In this document: piece after piece, positions 16,533-24,740 of the stretch
How the letters are laid out: the number at the start of each line of letters is the position of its first letter
Position numbering within the stretch: the stretch's first letter is position 1
NCBI GenBank assembly: GCA_964429585.1
Contig: CAYSCN010000001.1
Coordinates: forward strand, 49,809-113,808
Direction of reading: 5' to 3'
DNA length: 64,000 nucleotides
Source: an uncultured bacterium
Lineage (GTDB): Bacteria; Desulfobacterota; Deferrimicrobia; J040
Notes under the pieces: generated by a model
The model's database searches: none
What the model was told of the DNA's origin: nothing
The model's input: the letters and a program-made list of their open reading frames with translations, nothing else
Translations under genes and position numbers: made by a program

Positions 16533-19409
16533 ATGAAGAAGTTCAAGGATCCAGTATGCGGTATGGATGTAGAGATAACCGAAACGACGCTCTCGCATGA
16601 GCACGACGGGAAAAAATATTATTTTTGCAACCCGTCGTGCCTGAAAGAATTTCAGGAATCGCCAGAGTCGTTTATCGGTGAGAGCCCGGCGAGCGCAGAG
16701 GGTGAGGGTGTCCCGGACGGGCCGCCGGTCGATCCGGTGTGCGGCATGAAGGTGGAGGTTGGTGAGGGGACGCTCTCGCACCAGCACGAAGGGGTGACGT
16801 ATTATTTCTGCAGTGAAGCGTGCTTGAATGATTTCAAGGGATCCCCCGAGAGTTTCACCGGGAAAGAGCATTCGGATGGAGGGGGCTCGGCCTCTCACGC
16901 GGCTCACGCCGAGGAAGAAGTCGATGTGGAAAAGCGTGAGCTGGATGTGGAAAAGGGAGAATCCGTGTCCCTGGGGATATCCGGCATGACCTGCGCGTCC
17001 TGCGTGGCGAGGATTGAAAAAGCCTTGAAAGGCGTTCCCGGCGTCATTGATGCTTCGGTGAATTTCGCCACGAACGATGCTCTCGTTGTTTACCAGAAAG
17101 GCAAGGTAACCGTCGGTGACCTGATAAAAGCGGTGAAAGGTGCCGGATATGACGTGGTGACGGAAAAGCTCGACTTCCCCATCAAGGGTATGACCTGCGC
17201 GTCCTGCGTGGAGAAGATCGAAAAAGCTCTCAAAAAGATTCCCCAGGTGATAGACGCTTCCGTGAATCTGGCGACGGGGGCAGGGAGAGTGGAGTACGTC
17301 GCTGGAGACGTGGACATAAGAAGCGCCGTGAGGGAAGCGGTGGCGTCTGTTGGCTACGAGGTTGAGGAGATATCAGAAGAGGAAGATCCGCTTGCTGCCA
17401 AAGAGAGGAGGGAGAAGGAGGAGATCCGGATACTGAGGAAGAAGTTCCTCGTCGGTCTCGTGCTGGTGATTCCCACGTTTTTGCTGGTTTACTGGGATGT
17501 TATCGGTCTTGACAAGATACTTCCCATACCCAAGAGAATAAGTTTCATACTTCAGTTGATACTCATCACCCCTGTTCAGTTCTGGGCTGGATCGCAGTTT
17601 TACAAGGGAGCTATAGCTGCTGCCAAGCACAAAACAACCAACATGAACACGTTGATCGCAGTGGGTACCACTGCCGCTTACATTTACAGCTTGATGGCGA
17701 CCTTCTTCCCGTCTTTCTTCGAGGCGAGCGGCTACGGTGCCGAAGTTTACTACGACACCGCAGGGGCGATCATAGTCCTGATTCTGCTCGGCAGATACTT
17801 CGAAGCGATAGCAAAGGGCAGGACCGGAGATGCGGTGAAGAAGCTTATCGGGCTCAAGCCTAAAACCGCCAGAGTGAAAAGAGGCGATGAGTTCGTGGAT
17901 ATACCAATCGATGACGTGAAACCCGGTGACCTGATCCAGGTCAGGCCGGGCGAGAAAATACCAGTCGACGGTGAGGTCGTGGAAGGCAATTCGATTGTCG
18001 ACGAGTCGATGCTCACTGGAGAACCCATGCCGGTCAGCAAAGGTCCTGGAGACAAGGTGGTAGGCGCCACTGTCAACCAGACGGGAACTTTCGTGCTGAA
18101 GGCAACGGGCGTCGGAAAAGACATGGTGATATCCAGGATAATAAAGTTGATTCAGGAGGCGCAGGGGTCCAAGCCACCCATCGCCAGGCTGGCAGACCAG
18201 ATATCCAGCTATTTCGTGCCCGTGGTTATTGTCATATCGATTATCACCTTCGCAATATGGTATGCGATAGGGCCGGAGCCCAAACTTACCTACGCTCTCC
18301 TCACTTTCATCTCGGTTCTCATCATCGCGTGCCCGTGCGCGCTCGGTCTCGCCACTCCGACTTCGATAATGGTAGCGACCGGAAAAGGCGCTCAGCACGG
18401 GATCCTCATAAAGAGCGGGCTCGCCCTCGAGACGGCTCACAAGATAGATACCATAGTTCTTGACAAGACCGGAACCCTAACGAAGGGGAAACCCGAAGTG
18501 ACGGATATAGTCGTCCCCGGGAAGAACAATCCGCTCACGGAGGAAGAACTCCTGAAGTATGCCGCCTCCATCGAGGTCGGTTCGGAGCATCCTCTGGCGA
18601 CTGCTATAGTGCAGAAGGCGGAGCAGCTCGGTGTCAAGGTCGACAAGGCAGAGGAGTTCGAGGCGGTTCCCGGACACGGAGTCAGAGCGAGCGTGTCAGG
18701 AAGGACGGTTATTCTCGGGAACGAGAAGTTTATGAAGGACAACGGAGTCGACGTGGAGCCGTTACGGGAGAAGGAAAAACAGCTCTCAGGTGACGGAAAG
18801 ACCCCGATATTCGTGGCAGTCGACGGGAAGCTCGGCGGGATAATAGCGGTGGCTGATACCCTCAAGGAAAATTCCAAGAAGGTGGTTACGGAGCTCAAGA
18901 AGAGGGGTTTGACCGTGGTCATGCTGACAGGTGACAACTGGAGGACTGCTGAAGCGATAGGGAAGCTGGTCGGTGTGGACAGGGTTATAGCCGAGGTATT
19001 GCCGGAAGACAAGGCGGATGCCGTAAAGTCTCTCCAGGCCGAAGGAAGGACGGTTGCGATGGTCGGTGACGGTATAAACGACGCTCCCGCACTTGCTCAG
19101 GCGGATGTGGGTATAGCCATAGGCACGGGCACGGACATCGCCATAGAGTCTGGTGACATAATCCTGATGAGCGGTGAACTGGACGGGATAATAGTGGCAA
19201 TCGAGCTCTCCCATGCTACGATAAGGAACATCAAGCAGAACCTCTTCTGGGCGTTTGCATACAACACGGCTCTCATCCCGGTAGCGGCGGGTGTTCTCTA
19301 TCCCTTCTTCCACGTTCTTCTCAATCCGATTTTTGCCGCGGCAGCCATGGGTTTGTCTTCGGTGACGGTTGTCGGAAATGCCCTGAGGCTCACGAGGTTC
19401 AAAATCTGA
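16533..19409 (+). CDS. copA: Cu(I)-translocating P1B-1 ATPase with 2 YHS and 2 HMA domains
   Basis: DPVCGM...YFC x2, GMTCASC x2, CPC, DKTGT, HP, GDGIND, YN and MxxSS; start moved to ATG 16533. Confidence 0.95.
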   Translation: MKKFKDPVCGMDVEITETTLSHEHDGKKYYFCNPSCLKEFQESPESFIGESPASAEGEGVPDGPPVDPVCGMKVEVGEGTLSHQHEGVTYYFCSEACLNDFKGSPESFTGKEHSDGGGSASHAAHAEEEVDVEKRELDVEKGESVSLGISGMTCASCVARIEKALKGVPGVIDASVNFATNDALVVYQKGKVTVGDLIKAVKGAGYDVVTEKLDFPIKGMTCASCVEKIEKALKKIPQVIDASVNLATGAGRVEYVAGDVDIRSAVREAVASVGYEVEEISEEEDPLAAKERREKEEIRILRKKFLVGLVLVIPTFLLVYWDVIGLDKILPIPKRISFILQLILITPVQFWAGSQFYKGAIAAAKHKTTNMNTLIAVGTTAAYIYSLMATFFPSFFEASGYGAEVYYDTAGAIIVLILLGRYFEAIAKGRTGDAVKKLIGLKPKTARVKRGDEFVDIPIDDVKPGDLIQVRPGEKIPVDGEVVEGNSIVDESMLTGEPMPVSKGPGDKVVGATVNQTGTFVLKATGVGKDMVISRIIKLIQEAQGSKPPIARLADQISSYFVPVVIVISIITFAIWYAIGPEPKLTYALLTFISVLIIACPCALGLATPTSIMVATGKGAQHGILIKSGLALETAHKIDTIVLDKTGTLTKGKPEVTDIVVPGKNNPLTEEELLKYAASIEVGSEHPLATAIVQKAEQLGVKVDKAEEFEAVPGHGVRASVSGRTVILGNEKFMKDNGVDVEPLREKEKQLSGDGKTPIFVAVDGKLGGIIAVADTLKENSKKVVTELKKRGLTVVMLTGDNWRTAEAIGKLVGVDRVIAEVLPEDKADAVKSLQAEGRTVAMVGDGINDAPALAQADVGIAIGTGTDIAIESGDIILMSGELDGIIVAIELSHATIRNIKQNLFWAFAYNTALIPVAAGVLYPFFHVLLNPIFAAAAMGLSSVTVVGNALRLTRFKI

Positions 19410-19428
19410 GGGACACTGGTCCGAAGTA

Positions 19429-19470
19429 ATTCTACTTTCGGTAGAACTTTAATTCTACATATTGTAAAAT
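19429..19470. promoter_or_regulatory. Tandem ATTCTAC-N5-GTAGAAT operator sites
   Basis: ATTCTAC-TTTCG-GTAGAAC (19429-19447) and ATTCTAC-ATATT-GTAAAAT (19452-19470). Confidence 0.6.
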
Positions 19471-19539
19471 ATAGTCGGGTGGGGCTCTCTGGAGCCCCAA
19501 GCCGGCTTTTTATCAAGATACTTCAAAAAAGGAGGAATC

Positions 19540-20442
19540 ATGAAGAGGGTCAAGCCTGCAGTGAAATACACGGCGGTCATGGGAATAGTGATTTTGCTCG
19601 TCGTGGGTCTGTACCTGTATCTGGTCGAGAGCAAGAAAAGTAAGACGGTCGAGAAGGAAGGTCCCCCTAAGAGCGAGGCGACCGTGAAAGCCTCGTCGGA
19701 GTATCTCAAACTGTATGGGAATGTTCCCGATGTGGGGATGATAAAATGTGAAGCGTTTGTCGCTTATTACCCATCCATAGACGGAAAGGAATATTTGCCC
19801 TTTCCGTTCTTCATAACGTCGCCCGAGAAGAGGGACACGCTCGTTGCCAGAACCCTGCTTGCCGGTCTTCCAACGAAGGCTCTGTCTAAAGTTGCAAGCC
19901 CCCTTCTTTCGGGGAAGTGGGAACTCGTGAGCGTCGACAGGAAAGAAAGGACTCTGACTTTTCTGGTCAAAGGAAACGCGGAAAAGAGCTCTCAGGGACT
20001 CGAAAAGGCGGCAGGCGCCCTTTTCCTGACTTATTCGCAGTTTTACCCTGACCTTGCGGAGGTGAGGCTCAAAGTCGAAGGCGGAAACGAGGCCGTTTCC
20101 CGGGGTGAAGGATTGAAAGTCCGTGACCCCGGCGCTCCCGCGCTGCTCGACGCATTCCTGGTGAAGAAGGGAGAAGACGAAAAACCTGGAGAGCTCAGAG
20201 TGATATTCGACAGGCCGGTGATGATACTCGATTTCGAGGTGAAAAGGCCGGGTGGTGAGAAGGTGCCGGGAAAGGTCTATTTAGCCGAATTTTCGATGGC
20301 GGCGATTCTGGATTTGGACGAAGGAGGTTCCGTGAGAGAAGGGGAGAACCTCGTGATATCTTACGGGATTCACGATTATCTTGGCAGGGTTTCCCGCGGG
20401 GAGAAGAGTTTTCCGATGAGAGTGGAAGTTCACTCGAAATGA
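19540..20442 (+). CDS. Membrane-anchored periplasmic hypothetical protein (possibly GerMN-like)
   Basis: N-terminal TM anchor, GGAGG SD, normal codon usage; domain call tentative. Confidence 0.6.
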   Translation: MKRVKPAVKYTAVMGIVILLVVGLYLYLVESKKSKTVEKEGPPKSEATVKASSEYLKLYGNVPDVGMIKCEAFVAYYPSIDGKEYLPFPFFITSPEKRDTLVARTLLAGLPTKALSKVASPLLSGKWELVSVDRKERTLTFLVKGNAEKSSQGLEKAAGALFLTYSQFYPDLAEVRLKVEGGNEAVSRGEGLKVRDPGAPALLDAFLVKKGEDEKPGELRVIFDRPVMILDFEVKRPGGEKVPGKVYLAEFSMAAILDLDEGGSVREGENLVISYGIHDYLGRVSRGEKSFPMRVEVHSK

Positions 20443-20448
20443 GGCGCA

Positions 20449-20498
20449 TCGGTAATATTTACGCACTCCCACGTTCCGATCAGAGTAAATTTTTCTCA
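20449..20498. promoter_or_regulatory. Putative enhancer (UAS) pair for a sigma54 activator
   Basis: TCGGTAAT-A-TTTACGCA (20449-20465) and AGAGTAAA-T-TTTTCTCA (20482-20498), about 90-140 nt upstream of the -24 box; similar site at 51297-51313. Confidence 0.5.
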
Positions 20499-20590
20499 TT
20501 CGCGGCGGGAGAGGTTTCCGAGATGAGGTCTGGGGTTTTAAAATCCTTGGTTTTCAGGGAGATATGAATTGCAGATGCCGCCTCTTTTTC

Positions 20591-20606
20591 TGGCATGGTT
20601 GGTGCA
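20591..20606 (+). promoter_or_regulatory. sigma54 promoter (cassette copy 1)
   Basis: TGGCAT-GGTTG-GTGCA, followed by SD and ATG 20639. Confidence 0.55.
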
Positions 20607-20638
20607 ATGATGGATGGTGAAGAAAGGAGGTGGTTCAG

Positions 20639-20806
20639 ATGTTGGGAGGATGGCTAGGACTGATAATCATAGGCGGGCTGATTTTCCTGATGTTCCGCGG
20701 AGGTGGTTGTTGCGGTGGAGGCGGTAAGGGTTCTGATGTCTCGGGGAGCTCTCACCACGGGGGCGTAACCTCCGATGGAAGCGGCTCGAAGAAAGGGTGT
20801 CATTGA
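20639..20806 (+). CDS. 55-aa single-TM Gly/His/Cys-rich protein (below the ORF-track cutoff)
   Basis: MLGGWLGLIIIGGLIFLMFRGGGCCGGGGKGSDVSGSSHHGGVTSDGSGSKKGCH; GGAGG SD; paralog at 50934-51116. Confidence 0.8.
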   Translation: MLGGWLGLIIIGGLIFLMFRGGGCCGGGGKGSDVSGSSHHGGVTSDGSGSKKGCH

Positions 20807-20847
20807 ATTCTTAAAATGGGGAGATCAAAAGCAAGGAGGTGATGGAA

Positions 20848-20901
20848 ATGAAGAGATTCATGGTTCCAAGAGTGGCACATTGCCAGGAAGGACACATCTG
20901 A
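20848..20901 (+). CDS. 17-aa micropeptide MKRFMVPRVAHCQEGHI
   Basis: GGAGGT SD 7 nt upstream; paralog at 50817-50897 differs mostly by synonymous changes. Confidence 0.65.
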   Translation: MKRFMVPRVAHCQEGHI

Positions 20902-20928
20902 GGTCCTGGACATGACCTAAAACTGTCC
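20901..20928 (+). ncRNA. Putative 28-nt H-type pseudoknot, copy 1
   Basis: AGGTC-CT-GGACA-T-GACCT-AAAAC-TGTCC; two 5-bp stems; 25/28 identical to 50810-50837. Confidence 0.5.
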
Positions 20929-20955
20929 GCCTTTTTATATAGGTTGAAATATAAT

Positions 20956-20984
20956 TTGAAAGAAAATTTTAAGAAATATAGAAT
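20956..20984 (+). promoter_or_regulatory. sigma70-type promoter
   Basis: TTGAAA-17 nt-TAGAAT in an AT-rich stretch upstream of the 21000 gene. Confidence 0.55.
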
Positions 20985-20999
20985 AAAAAGGAGAAAACG

Positions 21000-21188
21000 A
21001 TGAACTGTCCGAAGTGCAATGGGCTTATGCTCTTCGAGAGGTTCGTTGACGGAACCGAGCATTTCTTCGGGTGGAGGTGTCTCCTCTGCGGCCTGATAGT
21101 CGACGAGGTGGTGCTGAAAAACAGGAGGGCGGAGCTCGGCAATCCAAATGAATTGAAAACAGTCGGAGCAAAAGGAGGTTTGAAATGA
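21000..21188 (+). CDS. Small zinc-ribbon-type protein
   Basis: 62 aa, CPKC...CLLCG; AGGAG SD; ATGA overlap with the next gene. Confidence 0.7.
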   Translation: MNCPKCNGLMLFERFVDGTEHFFGWRCLLCGLIVDEVVLKNRRAELGNPNELKTVGAKGGLK

Positions 21189-21883
21189 TGGAGATGAAAA
21201 GGAAGTCTTTGACCGTCACGGCTCTCATCGTGATGTTTCTGTTTTCGGCTTCGCTCGTCATGGCGCAGGCCGGTGGGCAGATGAAACACCACGGAGCTAC
21301 ACAGGGAAAAGAGAAGTCGGAAAAAGGCGGCGGAGCGATGATGGGCTCAGGCGGTCAGGGCGGCATGATGGGAATGATGAGCAAAATGATGAGTGGGATG
21401 AGTGGAATGATGAGCATGATGAGCAGTCGCGGCGGGTGCGGCATGATGAGCATGATGGACATGGAAAGCAAATTCCAGGAACACTTCGCTCTCTGCCTCA
21501 AGAACGCCGACAAACTGGGTCTCACCGAGGAACAGATCGGGCAGCTGAAGAAGATTCACAACGAGCAGCTCAAGAAATTGATAATGCTTAAAGCCGAGGT
21601 AAAGGTGATAGATGTGGACCTCTCAGCGGAGCTGGAAAAGGACGTTCCGAATCTCGATAGGGTGGAGAAGCTGCTCAAGAAGCAGGAAGAGCTGAAGACG
21701 AAGTACCGCCTCGAACTTGTGAGGGCAAAAGTAGAGTCCTCCAAGATTCTTACCAAGGAGCAGAGAAAGAAGCTCAAGACTCTCATGAAAGGCGGAATGA
21801 TGGGAGGAATGAAGGGCGGTAAAAAAGGCGGCATGAAAGGTGGAATGCAAGGGTCTTCAGGTGGCTCCATGATGAAAAAATAA
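21185..21883 (+). CDS. Spy/CpxP-family (LTxxQ) Met-rich periplasmic protein
   Basis: Signal peptide, LGLTEEQ and LTKEQ motifs, two Met/Gly-rich tracts. Confidence 0.8.
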   Translation: MMEMKRKSLTVTALIVMFLFSASLVMAQAGGQMKHHGATQGKEKSEKGGGAMMGSGGQGGMMGMMSKMMSGMSGMMSMMSSRGGCGMMSMMDMESKFQEHFALCLKNADKLGLTEEQIGQLKKIHNEQLKKLIMLKAEVKVIDVDLSAELEKDVPNLDRVEKLLKKQEELKTKYRLELVRAKVESSKILTKEQRKKLKTLMKGGMMGGMKGGKKGGMKGGMQGSSGGSMMKK

Positions 21884-21912
21884 CCCATGCTTTCGACGTG
21901 AAAAGCAGTATG

Positions 21913-21944
21913 AAGGGGTCTTCTTATCCGAAGGCCCCTTTTTT
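21913..21944 (+). terminator. Rho-independent terminator
   Basis: AAGGGGTCTT...AAGGCCCCTT followed by a T-run. Confidence 0.7.
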
Positions 21945-22111
21945 GAGTATTTATTTACCTCCGGGTGCGTAATGTTTACCCGAGCCTGCTGGACCCAGGT
22001 GTCGTTTCATTTCCCAACTGGTTGAGAAAGAACGTTTTTTGGCAATGACTGCCCTTGGTATGGATGATGCATCATATTCTCGTGCAGGGAAAAATGGATC
22101 AGGAGGCGGTC

Positions 22112-22435
22112 ATGTTTCACGATAGTCAGATAATAAGGTTTTTGTGGGGCTCTATTGTTTTGTCCGCTGGATTTGCTCTGTACTATTTTAGTGTGATGTA
22201 TCTGAATTGGAGGTTCCCGCTGGAGAAGTCATCCGTGAAGGCCGAAGGGGGCCTCGAGCTCTGCTTCGACCCGGTTTGCGGCGAACTCCTCGAGGGAGGC
22301 GCAGGAGTTTACTGGTTGAAACTCGAAGAAAAGAGGTTCGGATTCTGTTCTAAGGAGTGCAGGGATACTTTCAGGGAAAACGCTGAGCTCGTTATGAATT
22401 ATCGCAGGATGAACGGGAGGAGAATTCTGCTGTGA
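22112..22435 (+). CDS. Membrane-anchored YHS/TRASH-domain protein
   Basis: TM helix then DPVCG...FGFCSKEC; GGAGG SD before ATG 22112. Confidence 0.7.
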   Translation: MFHDSQIIRFLWGSIVLSAGFALYYFSVMYLNWRFPLEKSSVKAEGGLELCFDPVCGELLEGGAGVYWLKLEEKRFGFCSKECRDTFRENAELVMNYRRMNGRRILL

Positions 22436-22944
22436 GGAAAGTGGCGATCCTCGTTCTCATTGTTTTTTCTCTCGGGGTGTTTCTCGCTAGTTACGTCTGG
22501 GGAGAGCGTTTACCCGCAGGTCTTGTTGTGAAAGATTTCGAGGGAAGGGAGTTCGACTTCGAGGCATTGAGGGGAAGGAGAGTCGTTCTGGTGGTATTTG
22601 CCTCCTCGATGCCGGATTGCAGAAAGTCCATGCTTAAATTGGCGGAGCTCTCGAGGAAGTGGAAAGGCCCAGAGACGTTGTTTCTGGCCGTGGATGTGAG
22701 TCCCCCCAGGATGGCGTCCGACTCACCTTTTGGTCCCTGGGAGTCCGAAAAGGTGATCGTCCTCAGAGACGAGAGGGGGGATTTCGCGAGGAAACTATCC
22801 ATCAAGTTGATCCCGACCACGCTTATAATCTCCCGGGACGGTTCGGTGCTCGATAAGCTGGAAGCGTTTACTGACTGGGGATCACTCCAGTTCATGAATA
22901 AGTTGCTCTCGCTCTTCGGTGAGGGTGAGCGTACTGGTGGCTGA
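22432..22944 (+). CDS. TlpA/redoxin-like thioredoxin-fold protein with MxxC instead of CxxC
   Basis: Signal/anchor, DFEGREFDFEALRGRRVVLVVFASSMPDC, IPTTLIISRDG. Confidence 0.7.
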   Translation: MRKVAILVLIVFSLGVFLASYVWGERLPAGLVVKDFEGREFDFEALRGRRVVLVVFASSMPDCRKSMLKLAELSRKWKGPETLFLAVDVSPPRMASDSPFGPWESEKVIVLRDERGDFARKLSIKLIPTTLIISRDGSVLDKLEAFTDWGSLQFMNKLLSLFGEGERTGG

Positions 22945-22985
22945 AGAATGTGAGCGAGCCGGTTCATCGGAGCCTGCGGAATTCA

Positions 22986-23786
22986 TCAGGATCCCGAGAC
23001 CAAGATCTCGTAGTCGGGGAAATAACTTCCGACCGTTTCCAGGGCTTTTTCCCTCAGCTCTTCTTCGACGTCGAAGAAGTGAACTGCTACCTTGTTTTCT
23101 CCTGTAACTTCGAGGGATATCAGGCTCGGGTCTATCCCGAGCTTGAGGTGAAACCTGTTCGCTGACGCGACGATTCCGAACTTTTCGTTCAGGAATTTTC
23201 TCCCTACTTCTTCGAAGCGCTCCTCGAGACGAACTGCGTTTGCTGCGCTTCTAAGGATTTCAACGCTTTCTGATATCCCCATCATCAGCGGGTTCAGGCT
23301 GATGTGGAAATCCGCCGGGTCGGGCCACTTTTTCTCGAAGAAATACGCTATGAACCCCTCCCTTTCCCTGTCAACTCTCTTCACTTTTTCCTCTGCGTGG
23401 AAGAGCTCTATTTTTTCTTTGTCTGCCAGCCGCTTCACCCTGGAAGCGATGTCTGAGACGGCGAGGACGTTCAGAACTCCCGGCGGAGAACCCACGATCT
23501 CGAATCCTCCCCTGCCGAGTATGATGACTTTACCCTCTTTGGCGAAAGAAAGGATACTCTCACTCAGGAGATTTCTGGAGAGCCTGGTGTCGAACGCGTA
23601 ACGCTCTAGAAGCCCGGGGCTCTTCTCTTTCACTATTTCTCCAGGGGTGGTCGTTCCAGTGATCTCTCTTATCCTCTTTTCAATCTCCTTCCTGCCGATT
23701 ACCGCGTAGCCGTATTTCTCCGCGAACGTTCGGGCGAATTCTCCCGCCCCAGCGCTGAACTGTCTCGAAATCGTTATTACGCCCAT
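22986..23786 (-). CDS. Cytidylate kinase-like family protein
   Basis: ITISRQFSAGAGE, VIILGRGG, FHISLN pattern. Confidence 0.7.
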   Translation of the reverse strand: MGVITISRQFSAGAGEFARTFAEKYGYAVIGRKEIEKRIREITGTTTPGEIVKEKSPGLLERYAFDTRLSRNLLSESILSFAKEGKVIILGRGGFEIVGSPPGVLNVLAVSDIASRVKRLADKEKIELFHAEEKVKRVDREREGFIAYFFEKKWPDPADFHISLNPLMMGISESVEILRSAANAVRLEERFEEVGRKFLNEKFGIVASANRFHLKLGIDPSLISLEVTGENKVAVHFFDVEEELREKALETVGSYFPDYEILVSGS

Positions 23787-23816
23787 TTTTTTCCTCCATG
23801 GCGTGTGGTCATTATA

Positions 23817-23835
23817 ATTCTACAAAATGTAGAAT
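23817..23835. promoter_or_regulatory. Perfect ATTCTAC-N5-GTAGAAT palindrome overlapping a sigma70 promoter
   Basis: ATTCTAC-AAAAT-GTAGAAT; on the minus strand it overlaps TTGACT-17-TAGAAT driving the 23786 gene. Confidence 0.6.
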
Positions 23836-23876
23836 ATGCAGTCAACAGATTTCCGTAAAATTACGGGTTCGCAGAT

Positions 23877-24308
23877 TCATATGACCCAGATTTTGTCGAT
23901 ACCTATAATGTGCACCACCTTCCATCCCCTGTAAAAGAGAGCTTTCCCCACGTGGAGGCGATGGCATTTCCAGGGGAGTGCTTCTGCGCAGACAATAACA
24001 GTGGTGGCCTGGAGAGCTTCGGTTTCCAGTAGTTCTATTCCGCGTTTGAACGTTTCTGTGCGGGAAAACGATTCATAGCCCTCGTCTCGAAAACCACCGA
24101 GTTCTTTTCCCAGGTATACGTACCTGATTCCTACGTCTTGCAACCCTTTTTGCAGTTTTTCCCTGCGGAAATGATCGAGTCTGCTGATGGGGAACCTCCT
24201 GACGTCCACCAGAGTGGATATCGAGAACGCGTTGAGCAGGGAAGTGAACTCTTCCCAGCTTCTCGTGCTGGTTCCGACCGTGTATACGATTTTCCCCGAT
24301 TCAGTCAT
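23877..24308 (-). CDS. DUF488-family protein
   Basis: YTVGTSTR, LVDVRRFP, CAEALPWKCHR. Confidence 0.8.
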   Translation of the reverse strand: MTESGKIVYTVGTSTRSWEEFTSLLNAFSISTLVDVRRFPISRLDHFRREKLQKGLQDVGIRYVYLGKELGGFRDEGYESFSRTETFKRGIELLETEALQATTVIVCAEALPWKCHRLHVGKALFYRGWKVVHIIGIDKIWVI

Positions 24309-24316
24309 CTAATTTT

Positions 24317-24556
24317 TCATCTATCTTTCTCTGTAATTCCTATTTTATACCTCAGTAGCTCAAGCTTCATGATCAGCGCTGGTATTCGATCTTCCAAAAC
24401 GACGAATCCGTATACGAGTGCCGCGAATATGATCGGGATTCCCAGAAGCGGCAGGTCGCTTTCCAGCCGGTTTGAGAGACCGATACATGCGACGACGGAT
24501 GTCAGTAGAATCGACCAGAATAGGAGACAGATTATGGCTTCGACGAGCCGATACAC
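24317..24556 (-). CDS. Small two-TM hypothetical protein
   Basis: Hydrophobic 3' part of the 186-aa ORF; GTG start with GAGGGG upstream is assumed. Confidence 0.35.
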   Translation of the reverse strand: MYRLVEAIICLLFWSILLTSVVACIGLSNRLESDLPLLGIPIIFAALVYGFVVLEDRIPALIMKLELLRYKIGITEKDR

Positions 24557-24696
24557 GCAGATTCCCCCTCTTTGCTTTTCCCGTCGAGAATATTTTACTC
24601 CGCTTGCATCCTGCCGGCGAACTGATAAAGTAAGGTTTCCGTCTGGCCAGTTGTCTGGAAAAGGTGCTTTACCTTCATGGAACTCCGTGATAGCAT

Positions 24697-24712
24697 AAAC
24701 AAACGTTTGTTT
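24697..24712. promoter_or_regulatory. TetR-type operator of the RND operon
   Basis: Perfect 16-bp palindrome AAACAAACGTTTGTTT just upstream of the TetR gene. Confidence 0.75.
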
Positions 24713-24740
24713 GAATTTCAGACTGCGAGGTGGAGATCCG

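Noticed and set aside
19427-19447. TAATTCTACT-TTCG-GTAGAA resembles a Cas12a repeat handle
   Set aside because: No repeat-spacer array and no cas genes; better explained as the ATTCTAC-N5-GTAGAAT operator also seen at 23817.
20899-20901. UGA of the micropeptide as selenocysteine
   Set aside because: No bacterial SECIS-like hairpin at the usual spacing, and the paralog has no UGA or Cys at this position; generic readthrough is kept only as an alternative in the pseudoknot finding.
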